Under the pieces are notes generated by a model, which was not told the DNA's origin, did no database searches, and was given only the letters and a program-made list of their open reading frames with translations. 64,000 nt of DNA, from positions 1,682,471-1,746,470 of the forward strand of contig JAWKRT010000001.1 of assembly GCA_041389495.1 (NCBI GenBank), read 5' to 3'. This stretch comes from Myxococcota bacterium. Lineage in GTDB: Bacteria > Myxococcota_A > UBA9160 > UBA4427. A program made the position numbers and the translations under genes. Below are positions 17,850 through 26,604 of this stretch, piece by piece (position 1 is the stretch's first letter; every line of letters begins with the position of its first letter).

Positions 17850-18455
17850 TCAGCCGGCCGTCTGCTGCCGTCTCTCGGTCCGGACCGCGCGCGCGCGGCG
17901 CACGGGCTCGACGCGCGTCGCGGCGCCGTCCGCGCCCGGCGCGCGCGCGCACCGTCCGCCGTCGTCGAACGCCGCGAGCTCCTTCGCGAGCTGCGCGACT
18001 TCGAACACCCACTCCTGGCCCGACAGGGCCTCGTACGCGTGTGCGCCCTCGATCACGAGCAGCACGTCGCCCGTCGCGACGATCACGAGCTCTTCGAGCG
18101 GGCGCTCGATCGCGGGAAGGCGTTGCGCGAGCGCCTCGAGGCAGCGTCGGATGCGCTGCACGGAGACGCCCGCGTCGATCAGCCGCTTGGTCGCCTTCAC
18201 TGCGATGAGATCGCTGAATCCGTAGCGGTGGTGTCCGCCCGGCGTGCGCGCCGACGGCACGACGAGGCCCGTCTTCGCCCAGTACTGGAGCTGGCGCCGC
18301 GTGACGCCGAGTGCGCCGACGACTTCCTGCGTCCGGTAGTGCCGCGACCGGCCGGGCGCGCTCCGTCGCGCTCGCCCGTCGGCCGGCTCGGGCGCGTCGC
18401 TCCCGGCGGACACGCCGGACCCGCTCGCGCCGCTCGCGCGCAGACCAATGCCCAT
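17850..18455 (-). CDS. MerR-family transcriptional regulator
   Basis: ORF track, 201 aa. The HTH is YRTQEVVGALGVTRRQLQYWAKTGLVVPSARTPGGHHRYGFSDLIAVKATKRLIDAGVSVQRIR. Confidence 0.88.
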   Translation of the reverse strand: MGIGLRASGASGSGVSAGSDAPEPADGRARRSAPGRSRHYRTQEVVGALGVTRRQLQYWAKTGLVVPSARTPGGHHRYGFSDLIAVKATKRLIDAGVSVQRIRRCLEALAQRLPAIERPLEELVIVATGDVLLVIEGAHAYEALSGQEWVFEVAQLAKELAAFDDGGRCARAPGADGAATRVEPVRRARAVRTERRQQTAG

Positions 18456-18646
18456 CGGAACCCCCCGCCGTCCGGCGACCGGCGCGCTCGGACGGTCGGC
18501 AGTTTACGAGAAAGCGAGCCGAAAACACAAAGAAAATGTTGCGTTCGAGGGACTGCGACGCGCAATCTCGGAGGCTCACCGGTGGACCGGTCGGGGTTCG
18601 TCCGGGTGCGATCGACGAGCGACGACCGACCCGGGGGCCGCGCGCG

Positions 18647-19855
18647 ATGGCGCAGCGACGGAGCAAGGGGTCGGGCGGCGACGAGGCGGGCGGCGAGCGC
18701 ATCTTCGTCGAGGACCGCAACGGCCGCCGCCCGTTCATGCGCGGGATCATGGTCCACGCGCTGATGGCGCGCGGCGTCGGCTTCGACAAGGCCTACGAGA
18801 CGGCCGATCGCGTGCGCTCGAAGCTGCGCGGCCGCACCGTCGTCGCGCGCGACGAGCTGACGCGCATGGTGGGCGAGCTGCTCGGCGAGGGCGAGCTGCG
18901 CGACCACCAGCCGCCGCTCCCCGACCCCTTCGAGATCGACGTCGGCAGCGGGAAGAACGCACTGCCGTTCTCGAAGGGCGTGCTCGCGCAGTCGCTGCTC
19001 GCGGCATCGATCGACCCGACCGCGGCGTTCGAGACCGCGCGCGACATCGAGGCCGAGCTGCGGCGCCGCGGCGCGACGCGCGTCTCGCGCGGCGGCCTGC
19101 GCAAGCTCGCGCACCAGGCGCTGCTCGATCGCTTCGGCGATCGCACGGCCGATCGCTACATGGTCTGGCGCCAGCACCAGGAGCCGCGCAAGCCCGTCAT
19201 CATCCTGCTCGGCGGCACGACCGGCGTGGGCAAGACGTCGATCGCGCTCGAGGTCGCGCTGCGGCTCGGCATCCGGCGCGTGCTGTCGACGGACTCGATC
19301 CGCCAGGTGATGCGCATCGTGCTCCCGCGCGAGCTCGCGCCCGCGCTGCACGCCTCCTCCTTCGACGCGCACCGCGCGCTCAAGCTCGAGGGCGCGCCCG
19401 GGACGCGCGTCGTCGACGGCTTCCTGCAGCAGGCGACGGCCGTGACGGTCGGCGTGCGCGCCATCCTCGACCGCGCCGTCGAGGAGAACACGAGCGTCGT
19501 GATCGACGGCGTGTCGCTCGTGCCGGGCCTGCTCGACATGTCCACCTATCGCGAGGCGGCGTTCGTGATCCCGCTCGTCGTCGCGCGGCTCGACGAGGCG
19601 TCGTTCCGCGGCCACTTCCGGCAGCGCGGGGTCGACGCGACGCGGCGCGGGACGCGGCGCTACCTCGAGAACCTCGACGCCATCCTGCAGATCCAGGAGC
19701 ACATGCTCGAGGCGGCCGACGCGAACGACGTGCCGATCGTCGACAACCTCTCGGTCGAGAGCTCGGTCCTGCTCGTCATGCGACACGTCGTCGAGACGCT
19801 GCGCGAACGGGAGTCCACGGAGACGCCGGAGCTGCCCTACGCTAAGCGCTCGTAG
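18647..19855 (+). CDS. ATP-cone domain + COG2074-type P-loop kinase (2-phosphoglycerate kinase-like)
   Basis: Part of ORF 18311..19855, starting at ATG 18647 (MAQRRSKG). The ATP-cone-like N-terminus is IFVEDRNGRRPFMRGIMVHALM.. The kinase core is PVIILLGGTTGVGKTSIALEVALRLGIRRVLSTDSIRQVMR. Confidence 0.82.
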   Translation: MAQRRSKGSGGDEAGGERIFVEDRNGRRPFMRGIMVHALMARGVGFDKAYETADRVRSKLRGRTVVARDELTRMVGELLGEGELRDHQPPLPDPFEIDVGSGKNALPFSKGVLAQSLLAASIDPTAAFETARDIEAELRRRGATRVSRGGLRKLAHQALLDRFGDRTADRYMVWRQHQEPRKPVIILLGGTTGVGKTSIALEVALRLGIRRVLSTDSIRQVMRIVLPRELAPALHASSFDAHRALKLEGAPGTRVVDGFLQQATAVTVGVRAILDRAVEENTSVVIDGVSLVPGLLDMSTYREAAFVIPLVVARLDEASFRGHFRQRGVDATRRGTRRYLENLDAILQIQEHMLEAADANDVPIVDNLSVESSVLLVMRHVVETLRERESTETPELPYAKRS

Positions 19856-19897
19856 TCGCGGAGACCGCCCCCCAACCCGAACCGCGAGGCCCGCGTC

Positions 19898-21313
19898 ATG
19901 TCCACCGCTCCCCCCAGCGCGCGCACGCTCGGCGAGCTGCGCGCGCACGGCCACGCGCCGCGCACGCTCCGCCAGGAGATCCACGCGAACCTCGTCGCGC
20001 GCCTGCGCGAGGGCGCGCCGCTCTTCCCCGGCGTGAAGGGCTACGAGGACACCGTCGTGCCGGCGGTCGAGAACGCGCTGCTGTGCGGGCACGACGTGAT
20101 CTTCCTCGGCGAGCGCGGGCAGGCGAAGACGCGCATGATCCGCGCCTTCGCGTCGCTGCTCGACGAGTGGCTGCCCGTCGTCGCCGGCAGCGAGATCCAC
20201 GACGACCCGTTCGCCCCGATCTCCGCGTTCGCGCGCGAGCGCGTCGCCGAGCGCGGCGACGACACCGAGATCGCGTGGATCGGGCGCGACGCCCGCTACA
20301 CCGAGAAGCTCGCGACGCCCGACGTCTCGATCGCCGACCTGATCGGCGACGTCGACCCGATCAAGGTCGCCGAGGGGCGCCACCTGTCCGACGAGCTCAC
20401 GATCCACTTCGGCCTGCTGCCGCGCAGCCACCGCGGGATCTTCTGCATCAACGAGCTGCCCGACCTGACGGAGAAGGTGCAGGTCGGGCTCTTCAACGTG
20501 ATGGAGGAGCGCGACGTCCAGGTGAAGGGCTACCGCGTGCGCCTGCCGCTCGACGTGCTCGTGGTCGCGAGCGCGAACCCCGAGGACTACACGAGCCGCG
20601 GTCGCATCATCACGCCCCTCAAGGATCGCTATGCGGCGCAGATCCGCACGCACTACCCGCGCACGCGCGACGTCGAGCTCGAGGTCGTCAGGCAGGAGGC
20701 CGAGCTGCCCGCGGCCGAGGGCGTCGCGCTCGCGATCCCGTCCTTCCTCGAGGACGTCGTCGCGCAGCTCACGTTCGAGGCGCGGCTGTCGCCGGACGTG
20801 TCGCAGACGTCGGGCGTCTCGGTGCGCATGACGATCGCGAACTACGAGACGCTCGCGGCCGCCGCGCTGCGCCGCGCGCTGCGGCTCGGCGAGGACCGCG
20901 CGGTCGCGCGCGTCTCGGACCTCGCCGCGCTGCTCGCGTCGTCGACGGGCAAGCTCGAGCTCGAGTACGCGGGCGCGGAGCAGACGGAGACGGAGGTCGT
21001 CGAGGGGCTCCTGCGGCGCGCGACGCGCGTCGTCTTCGACGAGCGCATGGGCCAGGTGGAGGGGCTCGCGGCCGTCGTCGATGCGTTCCAGGAGGGCTGG
21101 CAGGTCGAGGTCGGCGCGGCGATGCCGTCGGCCGACTACCTCGAGGGCATCGACCAGATCCCGGGCCTGCGCGACGCCGCGGCGGCGCTCGCCGGCTCGA
21201 CCGGCGACGCGGCCATGGCGTCGGCGATCGAGTTCGTGCTCGAGGGGCTGCACCTGCGCAACCAGCTGAACAAGGCCGAGGGCGCGAGCGCCGTCCGCTA
21301 CCAGCGCCGATGA
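19898..21313 (+). CDS. ChlI/BchI-like AAA+ ATPase (often auto-annotated as sigma-54-interacting or Mg-chelatase-like)
   Basis: ORF track, 471 aa. Walker A is FLGERGQAKTRM. Walker B and sensor regions are HRGIFCINELPDL and VVASANPEDYTSRGRIITPLKDR. Confidence 0.85.
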   Translation: MSTAPPSARTLGELRAHGHAPRTLRQEIHANLVARLREGAPLFPGVKGYEDTVVPAVENALLCGHDVIFLGERGQAKTRMIRAFASLLDEWLPVVAGSEIHDDPFAPISAFARERVAERGDDTEIAWIGRDARYTEKLATPDVSIADLIGDVDPIKVAEGRHLSDELTIHFGLLPRSHRGIFCINELPDLTEKVQVGLFNVMEERDVQVKGYRVRLPLDVLVVASANPEDYTSRGRIITPLKDRYAAQIRTHYPRTRDVELEVVRQEAELPAAEGVALAIPSFLEDVVAQLTFEARLSPDVSQTSGVSVRMTIANYETLAAAALRRALRLGEDRAVARVSDLAALLASSTGKLELEYAGAEQTETEVVEGLLRRATRVVFDERMGQVEGLAAVVDAFQEGWQVEVGAAMPSADYLEGIDQIPGLRDAAAALAGSTGDAAMASAIEFVLEGLHLRNQLNKAEGASAVRYQRR

Positions 21314-22938
21314 GGACGTGGCGGTACAGCCGCTGGGACGGCACGCAGGAGTCGTTCGCACTCGACGCGAAGCGCGCGCTCGACGCGATGACCGACCTCA
21401 TGATGGAAGGGCTCGACGCGCAGGAGGCGCTCGCGTGGATGCGCGAGCACGGCTTCGAGCTCGGCGGCGCGAACTTCCGCGTGATGGGCCTGCAGGAGCT
21501 GCGGCGCGAGCTTCGCCAGCAGCTCGAGTCGCTCTTCGATCGCTGGCGGCTCGACGAGGCGACGCGCTCGCTCGAGGAGCGGCTCGACGACGTGCTCGAG
21601 CGCGAGGAGCGCGCGCAGCGCGAGCGCCACGGCTACGAGTCGAGCGCGATGAACGAATTCCTCGAGCGCCGCCACGGCGAGAGCGAGCGCCTCTCCGAGC
21701 GCATCGAGCGGATGCGCGACCACGACTTCGCGGACGACGAGGCGGGCGCCGACTTCCGCGAGCTGCTCGACGAGCTCGACCGGCTGCGCGCGCTCGAGGA
21801 GTTCGCGCAGCAGCAGGGGCCGCGGTTCCGCGGCGACCGCGCGGCCGACTACGACGAGGCGCAGGAGATCCGCCAGCAGGTCGAGCGCCTGCAGCAGATG
21901 CTCGAGCAGCTCGCGAACGGCGACCTCGCGTCCGTCTCGCCCGAGGAGCTCGCCGAGATGCTCGGCGACCCGGCCGCGCAGTCGTTCGTGCTGCTGCGCG
22001 ACCTCGAGGGCTCGATGCGCGACGCCGGCTATCTCCGCGGCGAGGATCCGCGGCTCACGCCGCGCGCCATCCGCCGCATCGGCGCGCAGGCGCTCGCCGA
22101 CGTCTACGGCGCGCTCCGCAAGGGGCGCCCCGGCACGCACGAGACCGTCGCGCGCGGCGTCGCGCTGCCGCGGCCCGACGAGACGCGCCCGTGGGCCTTC
22201 GGCGACCCGTTCGACCTCGACATCGTCGGGACCGTGATGAACGGCGTGAAGCGCCGCGCCGCGCAGGGCGCGGCGCCCGGTGCGCGCGTCGCGCTCTCGC
22301 CCGACGACTTCCAGATCCACGAGATGGACTGGACGACGCAGTCGACCACCGTGCTGCTGCTCGACCTCTCCTGGTCGATGTCGTGGGCCGGCCGCTTCCC
22401 GGCCGCGAAGCGCGTGGCGCTCGCGATGGACCAGCTCGTGCGCACGCGCTACCCGCGCGACCACTTCTTCGTGGTCGGCTTCTCGACGCAGGCGCGCGAG
22501 ATCGCGATCCGCGACCTGCCCGAGGTGAGCTGGGACATGGGCGACCCGTTCACCAACCTGCAGCACGGGCTCGAGATCGCCGAGCGCTTGATCGGCCAGC
22601 ACCCGAGCCCGTCGCCGCAGATCATCGTCGTCACCGACGGGCAGCCGACGGCGTATCGCGAGTCGGCGACGGGCGAGCTGCGCGTCGAGTGGCCGATGGG
22701 CATGGGCGGCGTGTCGCCGCACGCGGTCGCGGAGACGCTCAAGACGGTGAAGCGCGTGACGCGGCGCGGCTCCACGATCAACACGTTCATGCTCGACGAC
22801 GCGCCCGAGCTCGTCGGCTTCGTCGAGCGCATGACGCAGATCAACCGCGGCCGCGCCTTCTTCTCGAGCCCGCAGCAGCTCGGCTCGTTCCTGATGGTCG
22901 ACTACATCGCGCGGCGCAAGCTGCGACGGGGCGCCTGA
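21310..22938 (+). CDS. VWA-domain protein (BchD/CoxE-like partner of the AAA+ ATPase)
   Basis: Part of ORF 20083..22938, starting at ATG 21310 (MRTWRYSRWDG), with an ATGA overlap on the AAA+ stop. The C-terminal VWA has a MIDAS-like VLLLDLSWSMS and VVTDGQPTA. Confidence 0.85.
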   Translation: MRTWRYSRWDGTQESFALDAKRALDAMTDLMMEGLDAQEALAWMREHGFELGGANFRVMGLQELRRELRQQLESLFDRWRLDEATRSLEERLDDVLEREERAQRERHGYESSAMNEFLERRHGESERLSERIERMRDHDFADDEAGADFRELLDELDRLRALEEFAQQQGPRFRGDRAADYDEAQEIRQQVERLQQMLEQLANGDLASVSPEELAEMLGDPAAQSFVLLRDLEGSMRDAGYLRGEDPRLTPRAIRRIGAQALADVYGALRKGRPGTHETVARGVALPRPDETRPWAFGDPFDLDIVGTVMNGVKRRAAQGAAPGARVALSPDDFQIHEMDWTTQSTTVLLLDLSWSMSWAGRFPAAKRVALAMDQLVRTRYPRDHFFVVGFSTQAREIAIRDLPEVSWDMGDPFTNLQHGLEIAERLIGQHPSPSPQIIVVTDGQPTAYRESATGELRVEWPMGMGGVSPHAVAETLKTVKRVTRRGSTINTFMLDDAPELVGFVERMTQINRGRAFFSSPQQLGSFLMVDYIARRKLRRGA

Positions 22939-22939
22939 C

Positions 22940-24664
22940 GTGGCCGGCGCGCGCGACGTCCGCGCCTTCGTGCGGCGGCTCGGCGGCAACGCCGCGACCG
23001 GCGTGCGGCGGCTCGCCGAGCGCGCCGTCGTCGGCCGGCGCACGGATCGCGACACGCTGTGGCTGCTCGTGCGGCTGCGCGGCGACGCGACGGAGCTGCG
23101 CCCGTCGCGCTTCTCGTGGTCGAGCGAGCCGCGCCTGCCGGCGCTCGTCGACCTGCTCCGCGCGCTCGAAGCGGCGCGCGACGACGCGCGCGTGCGCGGC
23201 CTCGTGCTGCGCTTCGAGGGCGGCCCGGCGACGCTCGTGCAGGCCGCCGCACTGCGGCGCGCGGTCGTCGCGCTGCGCGAGGCGGGCAAGGCCGTGTGGG
23301 CGTGGAGCGAGGCGTACGACGCGCTCGAGCTGTGGGTCGCCTCGGCGTGCGAGCGCGTCGACGTCGCGCCGACGGGCTCCGTGCACCTGCTCGGCTTCCG
23401 CACGGCGCAGGTCTTCGCGCGCCCGCTCCTCGAACGGGTCGGCGTGCGCGCCGACGTCGTGCGCATCGGCACGCACAAGGCCGCCGCCGAGCCGCTCACG
23501 CGCGCCGCGATGTCGCCCGAGCAGCGCGAGCAGCTCGAGGCCTGGCAGCGCGACGCCTTCGACCGGCTCGTCGACGACGTCGCGCGCGGTCGCTCGCTCG
23601 CGCCCGACGCCGTGCGCGCCGCGATCGACGAAGGGCCGTTCGCGGCGCGCGACGCCGCGGAGCGCGGGCTCGTCGACGACGTCCGCTACCCGGACGAGGT
23701 CGAAGCCGCGCTCGCCGCCGCGACGCCGAACGCGCGGCGCGGCGCGGCCGCGCGCGCGGAGGGCGAGGACGCGCCGCTCGCGCCGCTCGTCGACGTCGCC
23801 GCCTACGCCGCGCTCTGCGGCGGCGACGGCGGCTGGCACCCGCTCTTGCGCGGCCTCCCGCGCGTCGCCTACGTCGTCGCGAGCGGCACCGTCTGGCGCG
23901 GGCGCGGGGCGGGCGGCGTCGCGAGCCAGCGGTACGGCGAGCTCCTCGCGCAGCTGCGCCGCGCGGACGAGGTGCGCGCCGTCGTGCTGCGCATCGAGAG
24001 CGGCGGCGGCGACGCCGTCGCGTCCGATCTCCTGTGTCGCGCGGTCGAGCGGCTCGCCGCGCGCAAGCCGGTCGTCGCGTCGTTCGCGGGCGTCGCGGCC
24101 TCGGGCGGCTACTACCTCGCGGCCTCCGCGAGCGCGATCGTCGCCGAGGCGCAGACGCTCACGGGCTCGATCGGCGTCGTCGGAGGCAAGCTCGATCTCT
24201 CGGGGCTCTACGAGCGGCTCGGCGTGCGTGTCGACGCGGTCGAGAGCGGCGCGCGCGCGGGCCTCCTGTCGCCGACGCGCGGCTTCACGCCCGCCGAGCG
24301 CGGCGCGCTCCAGCGCGAGATGCGCGTGCTCTACGACGCCTTCCTCGAGCGCGTCGCGCGCGGGCGCTCGCTCGAGCGCGCGGCGGTCGAGCGCGTCGCG
24401 CAGGGGCGCGTGATGAGCGGCGCGCACGCGCGCGAGCACGGTCTCGTCGATGCGATCGGCGGGCCGCTCGAGGCGCTCGCCATGGCGTGCGAGCGCGCCG
24501 GGCTCGCGCGCGGAGAGCGCTATGCGCTCGACGTGCTGCCCCGCGGCCCGGGCTTCGGCGCGTGGCCGTGGCTGCGGGGCTTCGGCGGATCGCGCGCGGA
24601 GCCGGGCCTCCTGTCCGAGCTCGGACGGAGCTTCGGCTTCGGGGAGCGGGCCCGGCTCGACTGA
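22940..24664 (+). CDS. sppA: signal peptide peptidase SppA, 67K type (two S49 domains)
   Basis: ORF track, 574 aa. It has two ClpP/S49-like halves (RGLVLRFEGGPATL..; VVLRIESGGGDAVASD...AASGGYYLA...TGSIGV). Confidence 0.88.
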   Translation: MAGARDVRAFVRRLGGNAATGVRRLAERAVVGRRTDRDTLWLLVRLRGDATELRPSRFSWSSEPRLPALVDLLRALEAARDDARVRGLVLRFEGGPATLVQAAALRRAVVALREAGKAVWAWSEAYDALELWVASACERVDVAPTGSVHLLGFRTAQVFARPLLERVGVRADVVRIGTHKAAAEPLTRAAMSPEQREQLEAWQRDAFDRLVDDVARGRSLAPDAVRAAIDEGPFAARDAAERGLVDDVRYPDEVEAALAAATPNARRGAAARAEGEDAPLAPLVDVAAYAALCGGDGGWHPLLRGLPRVAYVVASGTVWRGRGAGGVASQRYGELLAQLRRADEVRAVVLRIESGGGDAVASDLLCRAVERLAARKPVVASFAGVAASGGYYLAASASAIVAEAQTLTGSIGVVGGKLDLSGLYERLGVRVDAVESGARAGLLSPTRGFTPAERGALQREMRVLYDAFLERVARGRSLERAAVERVAQGRVMSGAHAREHGLVDAIGGPLEALAMACERAGLARGERYALDVLPRGPGFGAWPWLRGFGGSRAEPGLLSELGRSFGFGERARLD

Positions 24665-25305
24665 TGGCGCGCAAGCTCAAGTACGACATGCCGGGGCCGG
24701 ACTGGCGCCGGAGCATCGACGAGGTGCGCGAGCGCGGATGGGAGGGCGTGTTCGCGCCCGAGCTCGCGCCGCCGCTGCGGCTCGTCGTGGAGATCGGCTT
24801 CGGCCGCGGCGAGTTCCTGGTCGCGCAGGCGGCCGCGCGCCCGGACGTCGCGTTCGTGGGCGTCGAGCTGTCGTTCAAGCGCGTGCTGAAGCTCGCGCGG
24901 CGCATGGCGCGCGGCGAGCTGCGCAACGCGCGCCTCGTGCTCGGCCGCGGCGAGACCGTCGTCGACGAGCTGCTCGCGCCGGCGAGCGTCGACGAGTTCT
25001 GGATCAACTTCCCCGATCCGTGGCCCAAGAAGCGACACGCGAAGAACCGGCTCGTGCAGCCGCCGCTCGTCCACGCGCTCGCGACGCGCCTCGTGCCCGG
25101 TGGGGTGCTGCACGCGGCGACCGACGACCCGGCCTACGCCGAGCAGATGGACGAGGTGTTCGCGGGCGAGCCGCTGCTCGAGAACGCGAACGCGCCGCTG
25201 CGCTGGCGGCCCGAGGTGCCCGGGCGCATGCACACGGCCTACGAGGAGCAATGGCGCGCCGAGGGTCGACCGTTACATTTCTTCGCCTACCGGCGTCGCG
25301 CCTAG
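24664..25305 (+). CDS. trmB: tRNA (guanine46-N7)-methyltransferase TrmB
   Basis: Part of ORF 23059..25305, starting at ATG 24664 (MARKLKYD), which overlaps the sppA stop by 1 nt. Motifs: VEIGFGRGEF, FPDPWPKKRHAKNRL. Confidence 0.92.
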   Translation: MARKLKYDMPGPDWRRSIDEVRERGWEGVFAPELAPPLRLVVEIGFGRGEFLVAQAAARPDVAFVGVELSFKRVLKLARRMARGELRNARLVLGRGETVVDELLAPASVDEFWINFPDPWPKKRHAKNRLVQPPLVHALATRLVPGGVLHAATDDPAYAEQMDEVFAGEPLLENANAPLRWRPEVPGRMHTAYEEQWRAEGRPLHFFAYRRRA

Positions 25306-25334
25306 CCTGCGCGGCGCGCGACGGCGGTTCCCCG

Positions 25335-26402
25335 ATGGCCGGCCTCCCGAACCTGAAGAGCCTCGCTCCCGCGGCCCTGCGCGCCTGTCTGCGCGACGAG
25401 GGAGAGGCGGCCTTCCGCGCCGAGCAGCTGCTCGAGTGGCTCTACGCGAAGGGCGTCGAGGACCCGCGCGCGATGTCGAACCTGCCGGCCGCGCTGCGCG
25501 AGCGGCTCGCCGCCGGCTATGCGACGCGCGCGCTCGAGACCGAGGCGGTGCAGCTCTCGCGCGACGGCACGCGCAAGCTCGCGCTGCGCGCGGCCGACGG
25601 CGCGGTGATCGAGACGGTCGTGATCCCGGAGGCGCGGCGCACGACGCTCTGCGTGTCGACGCAGGTCGGCTGCTCGCTCGCGTGCTCGTTCTGCGCGACG
25701 GGCGCGCTCGGCCTGGCGCGCAACCTCACGACGGCCGAGATCGTCGACCAGGTCTGTCGCGCGCGCGAGGCGGCCGGCGACGACGCGCCGATCACGAACG
25801 TCGTGTTCATGGGCATGGGCGAGCCGTTGCTCAACCTCGCGAACGTGCGGAGCGCGATCGAGCTGCTCGTGCACCCGAAGGCCTTCGCGATGGCGCCGCG
25901 CCGCATCACGGTCTCGACCGCCGGGCTCGTGCCGCGCATCCACGACCTGCTCGCGATCGCGCCCATCCACCTCGCGGTGTCGCTGCACGCGACGACCGAC
26001 GAGGTGCGCGACGAGCTCGTCCCGCTCAACCGCCGCTTCCCGCTCGACGCGCTGCTCGGCGCGCTGCGCGAGGAGCCGCTCGTGAACCGGCGCCGGCCCG
26101 TCTTCTTCGAGTACACGCTGATGGCGGGCGTGAACGACTCGATCGCCGACGCGCGCCGGCTGCCGAAGCTGCTCCGGGGAATCCCCGCGAAGGTGAACGT
26201 GATTCCGATGAACCCGCACGCCGACGCGCCGTACGGGCCGCCGGCGGACGAGGTCGTCGATCGCTTCACCGCCGAGGTGCACGCCGGCGGATTGCGAGTC
26301 ACGCTGCGCCGCGACCGAGGCCGGGACATCGACGCCGCGTGCGGGCAGCTCGCCGCGCGCGGGCGCGGCGGCGCATCGCCGGCGCGGGCGGCGGCGGGCT
26401 AG
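25335..26402 (+). CDS. rlmN: 23S rRNA/tRNA adenine-C2 methyltransferase RlmN (radical SAM)
   Basis: Part of ORF 24450..26402, starting at ATG 25335. Motifs: the radical-SAM cluster GCSLACSFCATG, MGMGEPLLN, and a C-terminal DIDAACGQL. Confidence 0.93.
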   Translation: MAGLPNLKSLAPAALRACLRDEGEAAFRAEQLLEWLYAKGVEDPRAMSNLPAALRERLAAGYATRALETEAVQLSRDGTRKLALRAADGAVIETVVIPEARRTTLCVSTQVGCSLACSFCATGALGLARNLTTAEIVDQVCRAREAAGDDAPITNVVFMGMGEPLLNLANVRSAIELLVHPKAFAMAPRRITVSTAGLVPRIHDLLAIAPIHLAVSLHATTDEVRDELVPLNRRFPLDALLGALREEPLVNRRRPVFFEYTLMAGVNDSIADARRLPKLLRGIPAKVNVIPMNPHADAPYGPPADEVVDRFTAEVHAGGLRVTLRRDRGRDIDAACGQLAARGRGGASPARAAAG

Positions 26403-26604
26403 CGCGCCGCTCGCAGGTGCGGGGCGACGACCGAGGGCGTCAGGGAGATGCGTCCGAGGCGCGGGTCGGGGCGTCAAGCCCGCGTCGTTCGCGGCCGATG
26501 CGCCTGCCCACGCGCCGTGTCGGCGCGCCTCCGGGCCGGCCGCAGCGCGCCGCGGCGCGGTCGGGGGCCGGGCGAGCAACGCGAGGGGAGGGGCGAGCGA
26601 GCGC

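Noticed and set aside
15628-18789. A single 1053-aa ORF spanning the MinD-like, ParA and MerR region; likewise 44097..48692 as a single 1531-aa ORF.
   Set aside because: Only the C-terminal parts are protein-like. The upstream portions run antisense or out of frame through other well-supported genes (ParA 16557..17651, MerR 17850..18455; the ccm-embedded gene and ccmF). I trimmed each to the internal start that has a plausible N-terminus.
18647-19855. The idea that the COG2074 kinase is the missing 2-phospholactate-forming kinase of F420 biosynthesis.
   Set aside because: It lies 33 kb from the cof cluster, on the other strand, and is embedded in a different tightly coupled gene set. There is no sequence-level evidence for substrate. 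I keep it only as a remark under the F420 finding.
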